Source of the DNA: Bariatricus sp.
GTDB taxonomy: Bacteria; Bacillota; Clostridia; Lachnospirales; Lachnospiraceae
DNA length: 64,000 bases
Direction of reading: 5' to 3'
Assembly: GCA_034176745.1 (NCBI GenBank)
Contig: JAXFTO010000057.1
Span: 6,442 to 70,441, forward strand
Positions 46,564 to 56,134 of the stretch are shown one piece after another. The position numbers and the translations under genes were made by a program. The notes beneath the pieces are model-generated. The model was not told where the DNA came from. It made no database searches and saw only the letters and a program-made list of their open reading frames with translations. Numbering within the stretch: the stretch's first letter is position 1; every line of letters begins with the position of its first letter.

Positions 46564-46656
46564 CAGCACACCGTGCACCAGAATTTGGTGTATCGACTCT
46601 TTATTTTACGATATAGATGTACGGAAAGATACATAAAAATATATGGAGGTGTGACG

Positions 46657-48321
46657 TTGAAACGAACAAGCAATTCTAAATTGAAAATCATTCCGCTTGG
46701 AGGTTTGGAGAAGATCGGAATGAATATTACTGCCTTCGAATATGAAGACAGTATTATTGTTGTGGACTGCGGTCTTTCATTTCCGGAAGATGATATGCTG
46801 GGGATTGATCTGGTAATTCCGGATATTTCTTATTTGAAGAGTAATATTGAGAAGGTGAAGGGATTTGTGATCACCCATGGGCATGAGGACCATATAGGAG
46901 CTCTTCCTTATGTACTGAAGGAGATGAATCTGCCGATTTATACAACGAAACTTACAATGGGTATTATTGAAAAGAAACTGGCTGAGCATAATCTGCTTCG
47001 TTCTACCAGACGAAAAGTGGTACGTCATGGACAGTCGATCAATCTTGGACAGTTTCGTATAGAATTTATTAAGACAAATCATAGTATTCAGGATGCATCT
47101 GCTCTTGCAATTTATTCACCTGCAGGAATCGTGGTGCATACCGGAGACTTTAAAGTAGATTACACACCGGTATTTGGTGATGCCATCGATCTGCAGAGAT
47201 TTGCAGAGATCGGCAAGAAAGGTGTACTGGCGCTGATGTCAGACAGTACGAATGCAGAGAGACCCGGATTCACACAGTCTGAGCGTACTGTTGGAGCAAC
47301 ATTTGACAGGATTTTCTCAGAACACAGAAATACGAGAATCATCATTGCTACGTTTGCTTCCAATGTAGATCGTGTGCAGCAGATCATCAACTCTTCTTAT
47401 AAATATGGAAGAAAGGTTATTGTGGAAGGACGAAGCATGGTGAATATCATTTCCGTTGCGTCAGAACTTGGTTATCTGAACGTTCCGGAGAATACCCTGA
47501 TTGATGTTGACCAGCTGAAAAATTATCCGGCAGAGAAGACAACGATCATTACGACCGGAAGTCAGGGTGAATCCATGGCAGCACTTTCCAGAATGTCTGC
47601 AGACATTCATAAGAAGATTACGATCATGCCGGGAGATACGATCATTTTCAGTTCGAATCCGATTCCGGGTAATGAGAAAGCAGTTTCTCATGTAATCAAC
47701 GAACTATCTGCAAAGGGTGCAGACGTTATTTTCCAGGATGCACATGTATCAGGACATGCCTGTCAGGAAGAATTAAAGCTGATCTATTCTCTTGTGAAAC
47801 CGAAGTATGCAATACCGGTGCACGGTGAATACCGCCACTTAAAAGCGAATGCAAATCTTGCAAAATCGCTCGGAATACCGAAAGAGAATGTATTCATTCT
47901 GAAATCCGGAGATGTGCTTGCACTGGATGAAAACAGCGCAGAAATCGTTGATAAAGTTCATACAGGTGAAATTCTGGTAGATGGACTTGGAGTCGGCGAT
48001 GTAGGTAATATTGTTCTTCGCGACCGTCAGCATCTGGCGGAAGATGGAATCTTGATCGTGGTACTCACATTGGAAAAAGGAACGAATCAACTTCTTGCAG
48101 GACCGGATATTGTTTCACGCGGATTCGTATACGTGAGAGAATCGGAGGGACTGATGGAGGAAGCAAGAAATGTTCTGACCGATGCGGTGGAACGTTGTCT
48201 GATGAGCAGACATGCAGACTGGAGCAAGATCAAGCTTGTGATCCGCGATACGATGAACGATTTTATCTGGAAGAGAACCAAGAGAAAACCGATGATCTTA
48301 CCGATCATTATGGATGTATAG
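46657..48321 (+). CDS. rnj: Ribonuclease J
   Basis: Metallo-beta-lactamase HGHEDHIGALP motif, beta-CASP and C-terminal domains. The TTG at 46657 is 7 nt after GGAGG; the upstream part of the ORF-track frame is non-homologous. Confidence 0.9.
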   Translation: MKRTSNSKLKIIPLGGLEKIGMNITAFEYEDSIIVVDCGLSFPEDDMLGIDLVIPDISYLKSNIEKVKGFVITHGHEDHIGALPYVLKEMNLPIYTTKLTMGIIEKKLAEHNLLRSTRRKVVRHGQSINLGQFRIEFIKTNHSIQDASALAIYSPAGIVVHTGDFKVDYTPVFGDAIDLQRFAEIGKKGVLALMSDSTNAERPGFTQSERTVGATFDRIFSEHRNTRIIIATFASNVDRVQQIINSSYKYGRKVIVEGRSMVNIISVASELGYLNVPENTLIDVDQLKNYPAEKTTIITTGSQGESMAALSRMSADIHKKITIMPGDTIIFSSNPIPGNEKAVSHVINELSAKGADVIFQDAHVSGHACQEELKLIYSLVKPKYAIPVHGEYRHLKANANLAKSLGIPKENVFILKSGDVLALDENSAEIVDKVHTGEILVDGLGVGDVGNIVLRDRQHLAEDGILIVVLTLEKGTNQLLAGPDIVSRGFVYVRESEGLMEEARNVLTDAVERCLMSRHADWSKIKLVIRDTMNDFIWKRTKRKPMILPIIMDV

Positions 48322-48328
48322 AAGATAA

Positions 48329-48359
48329 CAGATGCCCCGCAGGCGCTGCGGGGCATCTG
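48329..48359 (+). terminator. GC-rich 14-bp hairpin after rnj (no U-tract)
   Basis: CAGATGCCCCGCAG-GCG-CTGCGGGGCATCTG perfect stem, followed by CATTAAT. Confidence 0.4.
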
Positions 48360-48383
48360 CATTAATAGAAAAGAGAGAAAGAA

Positions 48384-49043
48384 ATGATAGTAGAAGAACG
48401 TCTGGTGACATATTTACATTCTCTGGAAACGGAGAACAGTAAAGTCCTAGAGGAAATCGAACAAGAGGCACTTGCAGACGGAGTACCGATCATACGCAAA
48501 GAAATGCAGAGCTTTCTGAAGGTTCTTCTTGCAATCAAGCGTCCGAAGAGAATCTTAGAAGTGGGAACTGCTGTCGGTTTTTCCGCAATATTGATGAGCG
48601 AGTACGCTCCTTTTGATTGTACGATCGATACGATAGAGAATTACGAGAAAAGAATTCCCATTGCAAGAGAGAATTTTATACGGGCGGGAAAGGAAGAAAA
48701 AATCACGCTGATCGAAGGCGATGCGATTCAGGTTCTTAAGAAGCTGGACGGGCCTTATGACTTTGTGTTCATGGACGCCGCTAAAGGACAATATATTGCA
48801 TACCTTCCGGAAGTACTTCGTATTTTGAATGCAGAGGGCGTTCTTGTATCAGATAATGTACTTCAGGATGGTGACATTATTGAATCCCGTTTTGCTGTGG
48901 AGAGGCGGGACCGCACCATTCACAGCAGGATGCGGGAATATTTGTATACACTGAAGCACCATCCGGAGCTGGAGACATCGATTATTCCGCTGGGAGACGG
49001 TACGGCCGTCAGCGTTAAGAAAAATAAAGAGAGGGAAAGATAA
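48384..49043 (+). CDS. trmR: Class I SAM-dependent O-methyltransferase (YrrM/TrmR-like)
   Basis: Caffeoyl-CoA-OMT-like fold (ILEVGTAVGFS, FMDAAK). It is followed directly by a U32 peptidase gene, as in Bacillus yrrM-yrrN/O. Confidence 0.7.
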   Translation: MIVEERLVTYLHSLETENSKVLEEIEQEALADGVPIIRKEMQSFLKVLLAIKRPKRILEVGTAVGFSAILMSEYAPFDCTIDTIENYEKRIPIARENFIRAGKEEKITLIEGDAIQVLKKLDGPYDFVFMDAAKGQYIAYLPEVLRILNAEGVLVSDNVLQDGDIIESRFAVERRDRTIHSRMREYLYTLKHHPELETSIIPLGDGTAVSVKKNKERER

Positions 49044-50288
49044 ATGGCACGACATCCTGAATTATTGATTCCGGCCAGCAGCCTGGAAGTTTTAAAAACA
49101 GCAGTCATTTTTGGTGCAGATGCTGTCTATATAGGAGGGGAGGCGTTCGGACTTAGAGCAAAGGCAAAGAATTTCTCCCTGGAAGATATGAAGGAAGGAA
49201 TTGCGTTCGCACATGAACATGATGTAAAAGTATATGTTACTGCAAATATTCTTGCGCATAATTATGATCTGGACGGAGTGCGTGCTTATTTTAAGGAGTT
49301 AAAAGAAATTAAGCCGGATGCACTTATTATCGCTGATCCGGGCGTGTTTGAAATTGCGAAGGAAGTGTGCCCGGAGATTGAACGGCATATCAGTACGCAG
49401 GCAAATAATACAAACTATGCGACGTATTTGTTTTGGCACAGACAGGGAGCAAGTCGCGTGGTTTCGGCACGTGAATTGTCTCTCCGTGAAATCAAAGAGA
49501 TTAGGGAGCATATACCGGATGATCTGGAAATTGAGACCTTTGTACACGGCGCAATGTGCATTTCTTATTCCGGAAGATGTCTTCTCAGTAATTATTTTAC
49601 GGGGCGTGACGCCAACCATGGCGCCTGCACGCATCCCTGCAGATGGAAATATGCGGTTGTAGAAGAGACAAGACCGGGAGAATACATGCCGGTGTATGAA
49701 AATGAACGGGGAACCTATATTTTCAATTCCAAGGATCTTTGTATGATTGAACATATTCCGGAGCTTATCGATGCAGGGATTGACAGCTTTAAGATTGAAG
49801 GAAGAATGAAAACCGCACTTTACGTGGCGACAGTTGCCAGAACCTACAGGAAGGCGATCGATGATTTCCGGAAGAATCCGAAGATTTATGAACAGAACAT
49901 GCCATGGTATCTGGAACAGATTGTCGGATGCACCTACAGACAGTTTACGACGGGATTCTTTTTCGGAAAACCGGGAGATGAGTCACAGATTTACGATAGC
50001 AATACGTATTTAAGGGATTATACGTATCTGGGAATGGTCGGAGAAGTTCGTGAAGGAATGGTCAGGATCGAGCAAAGGAATAAATTCAGTGTGGGTGAAA
50101 CGATTGAGATCATGAAACCCGACGGACGTAATCTGGAAGTCACTGTAGAGCGCATTGTAAATGAAGATGGAGAAGAACAGGAAAGTGCACCGCATCCGAA
50201 ACAGGTGCTCTTCGTGAAGCTTACAGGAGAGGCAGAGCAATATGACATTTTGAGAAGAAAAGAACCGGAAATGGATCCGGAATCATAA
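49044..50288 (+). CDS. Peptidase U32 family protein (tRNA ho5U-synthesis TrhP-like)
   Basis: U32 signature region E.F.HGA.C.SYSG.C..S with full-length family similarity. Its ATG abuts the upstream stop. Confidence 0.85.
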   Translation: MARHPELLIPASSLEVLKTAVIFGADAVYIGGEAFGLRAKAKNFSLEDMKEGIAFAHEHDVKVYVTANILAHNYDLDGVRAYFKELKEIKPDALIIADPGVFEIAKEVCPEIERHISTQANNTNYATYLFWHRQGASRVVSARELSLREIKEIREHIPDDLEIETFVHGAMCISYSGRCLLSNYFTGRDANHGACTHPCRWKYAVVEETRPGEYMPVYENERGTYIFNSKDLCMIEHIPELIDAGIDSFKIEGRMKTALYVATVARTYRKAIDDFRKNPKIYEQNMPWYLEQIVGCTYRQFTTGFFFGKPGDESQIYDSNTYLRDYTYLGMVGEVREGMVRIEQRNKFSVGETIEIMKPDGRNLEVTVERIVNEDGEEQESAPHPKQVLFVKLTGEAEQYDILRRKEPEMDPES

Positions 50289-50302
50289 AGTGGATATGTA
50301 GC

Positions 50303-50327
50303 AGGAGGACTTCGGTCCTCCTTTTTG
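50303..50327 (+). terminator. Intrinsic terminator after the U32 peptidase gene
   Basis: AGGAGGAC-TTCG-GTCCTCCT followed by TTTTT. Confidence 0.8.
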
Positions 50328-50379
50328 TCTGCCAAATGTACGGCAAGACGACGGATGGAACATTTGGTTTTGATACATT

Positions 50380-50997
50380 TTAAAAATAGGGACGCAGTTT
50401 TTCGATAGCGCTTTTTTCGATTCTTGAAACATACGACCTTGATATACCGAGATACCTTGCGATTTCTTTTTGCGTATATTCTTCGCCCTGATATAACCCA
50501 TAACGCATTTTGAGAACAAGTTTCTCTCTAGGAGTGAGAGCAGATTCTAATTTGTTGTAAAGAAGCTGTATATCATCTTTTTCGGAAATTAAGGAGCAGA
50601 CATCTTCTTCTTCCGATTCTATTATATCGAAAATCTGTATTTCATTCCCCTCCCGGTCACATCCGACCGGTTCGTAAAGCGAGACTTCTCTGGATGTCTT
50701 ACGTTTACTTCGAAGCAGCATCAGAATTTCATTTTGAATACAACGGCAGGCGTAGGTGGCAAGTCTTGCGTTCTTCTGAGGATTAAAGGTCCTTACGGCT
50801 TTGATAAGTCCGATGGTTCCAATCGAAATCAAATCTTCCGGATCATCATCTAAGTATTGATATTTTTTCATGACATGTGCGACGAGCCGGAGATTACGTT
50901 CGATTAAGATGTGCCCGGAATTTAAGTCCCCTTCTGCATATTTCTGAAGGTAACAGGATTCTTCTTCGGCAGTGAGAGGCGGAGGAAATGATTTCAA
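50380..50997 (-). CDS. sigK: Sporulation sigma factor of the SigE/SigK family, SigK-like, without pro-sequence
   Basis: Collinear with mature B. subtilis SigK (FPPPLT.EEE, NLRLVAHV.KK, DLISIGTIGLIKA, LATYA.RCI.NEILM, GISRSYVSRIEK). TTG start 7 nt after GAGGT. An in-frame TAA lies 8 codons upstream. Confidence 0.75.
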   Translation of the reverse strand: MKSFPPPLTAEEESCYLQKYAEGDLNSGHILIERNLRLVAHVMKKYQYLDDDPEDLISIGTIGLIKAVRTFNPQKNARLATYACRCIQNEILMLLRSKRKTSREVSLYEPVGCDREGNEIQIFDIIESEEEDVCSLISEKDDIQLLYNKLESALTPREKLVLKMRYGLYQGEEYTQKEIARYLGISRSYVSRIEKSAIEKLRPYF

Positions 50998-51024
50998 AAG
51001 AACTACCTCAAAGAGTTGTTATTA

Positions 51025-51052
51025 TAGTTTATGCATTTTAGAACTTATGGGT
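51025..51052 (-). promoter_or_regulatory. Sigma-K/sigma-E-type promoter candidate upstream of the sigK-like gene
   Basis: On the minus strand: AC, 17-nt spacer, CATAAACTA (consensus AC-N16/17-CATANNNTA), about 25 nt upstream of the TTG start. Confidence 0.4.
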
Positions 51053-51102
51053 GCTTTTCTACAGAAAATTATTATAGCCTCATTTTTTCTTTGAAGAGTA
51101 CA

Positions 51103-51131
51103 TTGACAAATCAAGTGTTTTCGGATATGAT
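51103..51131 (+). promoter_or_regulatory. Sigma-A-type promoter for comM-dprA(-topA)
   Basis: TTGACA, 17-nt spacer, TATGAT, about 120 nt upstream of the comM-like ATG. Confidence 0.6.
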
Positions 51132-51251
51132 GTGAATACATTTTCTAAAGGATATCGGTTTTCTTTTAGCAAATCATGATGACATTCGTCATACTATTTT
51201 TCAGATCAGAACAATTCTGCACTTTTACCGACAGGTAAAGGAGTAATCATT

Positions 51252-52787
51252 ATGGCATTTTATACAATACTATCTGCGTCCATTCAAGGATTAGGAGTAG
51301 AGATGATACAGGTGGAAGCCGATGTGAGCAGCGGACTCCCGGTTTTTCACATGGTGGGTTTTTTATCTTCGGAAGTGAAAGAGGCATCAGAACGTGTGAG
51401 GACGGCATTAAGAAATACCGGGTTTATGATTCCGGCAAGGAAGGTGGTGGTAAACTTATCACCTGCCTGTGTGAAGAAAAGAGGAACGGCTTTTGACCTT
51501 CCCATCGCGGTTGCGATTCTTGCAGCGCTTCAGATCCTGCCGGAAGAACGGTTAAAAAATACCCTTGTTATCGGGGAACTTGGTCTTGATGGGCGTATCC
51601 GCAGAACCGAAGGTATTCTTGCAATTGTCGCTGAAGCGAAAGATATGGGGATAGAAACCTGCATTCTTCCGGCGGAGAATATGGCAGAAGCAGTGCTGAT
51701 TGAAGAAATCCATCTTCTGGGAGTGGATACGCTTGAAGAAGTGTGTGAATGGGCAAAGGGGCGTGATGCCGGAGTGACTGAAAAAGACGTAAGAACAGAA
51801 AGGATACATGAAAAAAGTGAAAAGGACATAGATTATAGTGATATTCGGGGACAGGAGATCATGAAAAGAGCGACACTTGTTGCCGTTGCCGGAAATCACA
51901 ATCTTCTTTATATTGGACCTCCCGGAGCGGGAAAAACGATGATGGCTAAAAGAATTCCAACGATTCTTCCGGGAATGAGCCGCAAAGAAAGCCTGGATAT
52001 TACAAGGATCTACAGCGTGACGGGTAGAATTCAGGGAGAAAACCCGCTGATCGTAAAACGCCCGTTTCGGGAAGTCCATCATTCAGTGACGCGCTCGGCT
52101 CTGGTGGGAGGTGGGATCATTCCAACTCCGGGAGAAGTGACGCTGGCACATGGTGGTGTCTTATTTCTGGATGAACTTCCGGAATTTTCCCGCGCGGCGC
52201 TGGAAGCATTAAGACAGCCTCTGGAAGAAAAATGTGTTCATATTGCAAGGCGTCAGGGGTCTTACTGTTTCCCGGCTGATTTTATGTTGGTTGCGGCGAT
52301 GAATCCCTGTCCCTGCGGATATTATCCTGATCTTGATAAATGTAGCTGCACCTTAACGCAGGTTCAGAAATATATGGGGAAAATAAGCCAGCCGTTTCTG
52401 GATCGCCTGGATGTATGCGTGGAAGCGGCCAAGGTGGAGTATGATGCACTTGTAGGAGAATCGCAGGAATCTTCTTCGAAAATGATGAGAAAGAAAGTAG
52501 AAGAGGCAAGAAAGATTCAGGAAAAACGTTTTGAAGGAAAAGAAATTCGGACAAATTCCCAGATGAGTAAAGAGGAATTGGATGAATTCTGCCGGTTGAC
52601 TCCCAGTGGGGGCAAATTGATGCGTCAGGCCTACGAGGTTATGCGCCTCACGGCAAGAAGCTATCATAAAATACTGAAAGTGGCGCGTACAATTGCGGAT
52701 TTGGAAGGCTCGGATCAGATTGAAGAAGAGCATGTAAAAGAAGCAGTCGGCTACCGGATGATCGATAAAAAATACTGGGGATATTAG
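51252..52787 (+). CDS. YifB/ComM-family Mg-chelatase-like AAA+ ATPase
   Basis: Lon-like N-terminal domain, Walker A GPPGAGKTM, and Walker B/arginine finger (VLFLDELPEF). Lies upstream of dprA. Confidence 0.9.
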   Translation: MAFYTILSASIQGLGVEMIQVEADVSSGLPVFHMVGFLSSEVKEASERVRTALRNTGFMIPARKVVVNLSPACVKKRGTAFDLPIAVAILAALQILPEERLKNTLVIGELGLDGRIRRTEGILAIVAEAKDMGIETCILPAENMAEAVLIEEIHLLGVDTLEEVCEWAKGRDAGVTEKDVRTERIHEKSEKDIDYSDIRGQEIMKRATLVAVAGNHNLLYIGPPGAGKTMMAKRIPTILPGMSRKESLDITRIYSVTGRIQGENPLIVKRPFREVHHSVTRSALVGGGIIPTPGEVTLAHGGVLFLDELPEFSRAALEALRQPLEEKCVHIARRQGSYCFPADFMLVAAMNPCPCGYYPDLDKCSCTLTQVQKYMGKISQPFLDRLDVCVEAAKVEYDALVGESQESSSKMMRKKVEEARKIQEKRFEGKEIRTNSQMSKEELDEFCRLTPSGGKLMRQAYEVMRLTARSYHKILKVARTIADLEGSDQIEEEHVKEAVGYRMIDKKYWGY

Positions 52788-52800
52788 AGGAGGGGATACA

Positions 52801-53904
52801 ATGGAGAAGTGGTATGAATACTGGCTGGACGCGACAAAAGAGATTTCATCTGGAAGAAAACGCAGATGGAAAGAACAGGGAATATCTGCAGAAATGTTAT
52901 ATAATATAGAAGAAATCGGTGAAAAGGAGCGGTTTCTTGCGGGAATCACAGATGCGGAAGAATTAAGTATCAAAGAAAGCAGGAAAAGAAAGAACTGGAA
53001 AGATGAATTTGAAAAAATGAAGGAAAAAGGAATTCGAATGATTTCCTGGGATAGTAAGGAGTATCCTGCGCGGCTTGGAAGCCTCGGTGGAATGCCTTAC
53101 GGACTCTATGTAAAGGGAAAGCTTCCGGAAGAAGATAAGGTAAGTATTGCGATTGTGGGGGCCAGAAGGTGCAGTGCCTATGGAGAGAAAATGACGCTTC
53201 AGTATGCCGGGAAGCTTGCAGAAGCAGGTGCGCTGATTATCAGTGGAATGGCTCTTGGAATTGACGGCGCGGCGCACCGTGGAGCGATGAATGTAGGGGG
53301 AGATACCTTTGCCGTCCTTGGATGCGGGGCAGATATTTGTTACCCGAAAGAGCATATGGGGCTATATCGTGATCTGGGGAATAAAGGGGGAATCCTGTCT
53401 GAATATCCGCCCGGAACGCCGCCTCTTTCCATGAATTTTCCTGCAAGAAACCGTCTGATCAGTGGGCTTGCCGATGTGGTACTTGTGATGGAAGCAAAAG
53501 AAAAAAGCGGCTCTCTCATAACAGCAGACATGGCTCTTGAACAGGGAAGGGATATTTATGCGCTTCCCGGACCCGCAGACAGTGTTCTGAGTAAGGGATG
53601 CAACCGCCTTATTTCCCAGGGCGCAGGGATCCTTCTTTCCCCGGAAGAACTCTGCGATCAGCTTCAGCTTTTGAGCGTGGAAAAGGAGAAGGGAAACGGT
53701 CAAAATGGAGATAAAAATAAAATAATGCTTGAAACAGAGGAGGATTTGGTGTATAGTAAGCTCGATTTGTTCCCGCGAAGCCGAGAAGAACTTAGGCAGC
53801 TTACAGGCCTTGATCCCGAGAAGCTGTCAAGGATTCTGATCTCGCTTGAATTAAAGGGATACATTTCAGAACGTTCGAAAAATTATTATTTCAGACGAAT
53901 ATAG
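52801..53904 (+). CDS. dprA: DNA-processing protein DprA (Smf)
   Basis: Rossmann-like DprA core (IVG.R..S.YG, SG.A.GID..AH...L, NFP.RNR.ISGL, SGSLITA). Confidence 0.9.
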   Translation: MEKWYEYWLDATKEISSGRKRRWKEQGISAEMLYNIEEIGEKERFLAGITDAEELSIKESRKRKNWKDEFEKMKEKGIRMISWDSKEYPARLGSLGGMPYGLYVKGKLPEEDKVSIAIVGARRCSAYGEKMTLQYAGKLAEAGALIISGMALGIDGAAHRGAMNVGGDTFAVLGCGADICYPKEHMGLYRDLGNKGGILSEYPPGTPPLSMNFPARNRLISGLADVVLVMEAKEKSGSLITADMALEQGRDIYALPGPADSVLSKGCNRLISQGAGILLSPEELCDQLQLLSVEKEKGNGQNGDKNKIMLETEEDLVYSKLDLFPRSREELRQLTGLDPEKLSRILISLELKGYISERSKNYYFRRI

Positions 53905-53932
53905 AATGAAGTAACAGTCATGGAGGAGTATT

Positions 53933-55999
53933 ATGGCACGTTATCTCGTGATAGTGGAATCACCTACAAAAGTGAAAACCATTAAGAAGTTCCTTGGCAG
54001 CAACTATGTGGTGGTTGCGTCTAACGGGCATGTAAGAGACTTACCGAAGAGTCAGATGGGAGTGGATATCGAGCACGATTTTGAACCCAAATATATAACG
54101 ATCAGAGGAAAGGGAGAAATCCTGGCGAACCTTCGCAAGGAAGTAAAGAAAGCAGATAAGATCTATCTTGCAACTGACCCTGACCGTGAAGGAGAAGCGA
54201 TTTCCTGGCATTTGATGAAGGCATTAAAGCTGGAAGACAAGAAAGTGTACCGTATCAGCTTTAATGAGATTACGAAGAGCGCAGTGAAGGCGTCTTTAAA
54301 AAATGCAAGAGAGATTGACATGGATTTGGTCGATGCGCAGCAGGCAAGGCGAGTGCTTGACCGCATTGTCGGTTATAAGATCAGTCCGCTTCTGTGGGCA
54401 AAAGTCAAAAGAGGGCTCAGCGCAGGTCGTGTACAGTCGGTAGCACTTCGCATTATTGCTGACCGGGAGGAGGAGATCAATTCCTTTATTCCGGAAGAAT
54501 ACTGGACATTGGATGCGGTTTTGTCCGTGAAAGGTGAAAAGAAACCGCTTGCGGCTAAGTTCTACGGAACAAAAGATGAGAAATTAACGATCCATAATGA
54601 GAATGAGCTGAATGAAATCCTTGATAATCTTGAAGGGGCAAGCTATGAAGTGATTGACGTGAAAAAAGGAGAACGAAGCAAGAAGGCTCCGCTTCCTTTT
54701 ACCACCAGTACTTTGCAGCAGGAAGCATCCAAGACCCTGAATTTTGCAACATCAAAGACAATGAGAATTGCACAGCAGCTGTACGAAGGTGTTGACATCA
54801 AAGGAAGCGGCACGACAGGTCTTATCACCTATCTGCGTACGGATTCAACACGTATATCCGAGGAAGCGGATGTAAGTGCAAAGGCATATATCGGGGAAGT
54901 ATACGGAGAGCAGTTCGTGGCTGAGAGCAAAGAAACGAAAAAGTCTGATTCGAAGAATATCCAGGATGCGCATGAAGCGATTCGTCCTTCTGATGTGACA
55001 CGTACACCGGCATCTGTGAAAGATTCTCTGTCAAGAGATCAGTTCCGGCTTTACCAGCTGATCTGGAAGCGTTTTGTGGCAAGCCGTATGCAGCCGGCAA
55101 AATATGAGACAACTTCCATAAAGATTGGAGCTAGGGATTACAGATTTACTGTAGCAGCATCAAAAGTTGTATTTGAAGGTTTCCGTCTTGTTTATGTGGA
55201 ATCTGACGAGGAAAAGGAAGAAAGCAATGTTCTTGTAAAAGGTATTGATCTGAATTCACAGCTCACAAAAGAAGCGTTTGACTATAAACAGCATTTTACA
55301 CAGCCGCCGGCACATTATACAGAAGCAGCCCTTGTAAAGACGCTGGAAGAACTGGGTATAGGACGGCCGAGTACTTATGCGCCTACGATTTCAACGATCA
55401 TATCAAGAAGATATGTGGCTAAGGAAAATAAGAACCTGTACATGACAGAGCTTGGTGAAGTTGTCAATAATATGATGAAGCAGTCATTTGAAAGTATTGT
55501 CGATGTGAACTTTACGGCAAATATGGAAGGACTTCTGGACATGATCGCAGAAGGAAAAGTAGAGTGGAAGTCGGTCATCCGTAATTTTTACCCGGATCTG
55601 GAAGAAGCGGTCGAGAAAGCAGAAAAAGAGCTGGAAACAGTTAAAATCGAAGATGAAGTCACGGATGTCATATGTGAAGAATGCGGACGGAATATGGTTA
55701 TCAAATACGGCCCGCACGGAAAGTTTCTCGCATGTCCGGGATTCCCTGAATGTAAGAATACCAAACCTTACCTGGAGAAGATTGGCGTTCCATGTCCGAA
55801 GTGCGGCAAGGATATTGTACTTCGCAAGACGAAAAAGGGAAGAAAATACTTTGGATGTGAAAATAATCCGGAGTGTGATTTTATGTCATGGCAGAAACCT
55901 TCTACAGAAAAATGTCCGAAGTGCGGAAGTTATATGGTAGAAAAAGGGAATAAACTAGTTTGCGGCGATGAACATTGCGGTTTTGTAAAAAATAAATAG
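53933..55999 (+). CDS. topA: DNA topoisomerase I
   Basis: TOPRIM N-terminus (LVIVESP.K), the active-site region ITYLRTDS, and three C-terminal Cys4 zinc ribbons. Confidence 0.95.
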   Translation: MARYLVIVESPTKVKTIKKFLGSNYVVVASNGHVRDLPKSQMGVDIEHDFEPKYITIRGKGEILANLRKEVKKADKIYLATDPDREGEAISWHLMKALKLEDKKVYRISFNEITKSAVKASLKNAREIDMDLVDAQQARRVLDRIVGYKISPLLWAKVKRGLSAGRVQSVALRIIADREEEINSFIPEEYWTLDAVLSVKGEKKPLAAKFYGTKDEKLTIHNENELNEILDNLEGASYEVIDVKKGERSKKAPLPFTTSTLQQEASKTLNFATSKTMRIAQQLYEGVDIKGSGTTGLITYLRTDSTRISEEADVSAKAYIGEVYGEQFVAESKETKKSDSKNIQDAHEAIRPSDVTRTPASVKDSLSRDQFRLYQLIWKRFVASRMQPAKYETTSIKIGARDYRFTVAASKVVFEGFRLVYVESDEEKEESNVLVKGIDLNSQLTKEAFDYKQHFTQPPAHYTEAALVKTLEELGIGRPSTYAPTISTIISRRYVAKENKNLYMTELGEVVNNMMKQSFESIVDVNFTANMEGLLDMIAEGKVEWKSVIRNFYPDLEEAVEKAEKELETVKIEDEVTDVICEECGRNMVIKYGPHGKFLACPGFPECKNTKPYLEKIGVPCPKCGKDIVLRKTKKGRKYFGCENNPECDFMSWQKPSTEKCPKCGSYMVEKGNKLVCGDEHCGFVKNK

Positions 56000-56134
56000 G
56001 AAATTCATTGAGTTATTGTAAATTGTATGATAATATATTTTTGCGCACAAATCTTTTATAATTTGTGTGTGAAATTTCTACAATAGGCATTTCAAAGTGA
56101 AAAGCCTGTAGTGCAAGACTTTATGGAGGATAAA

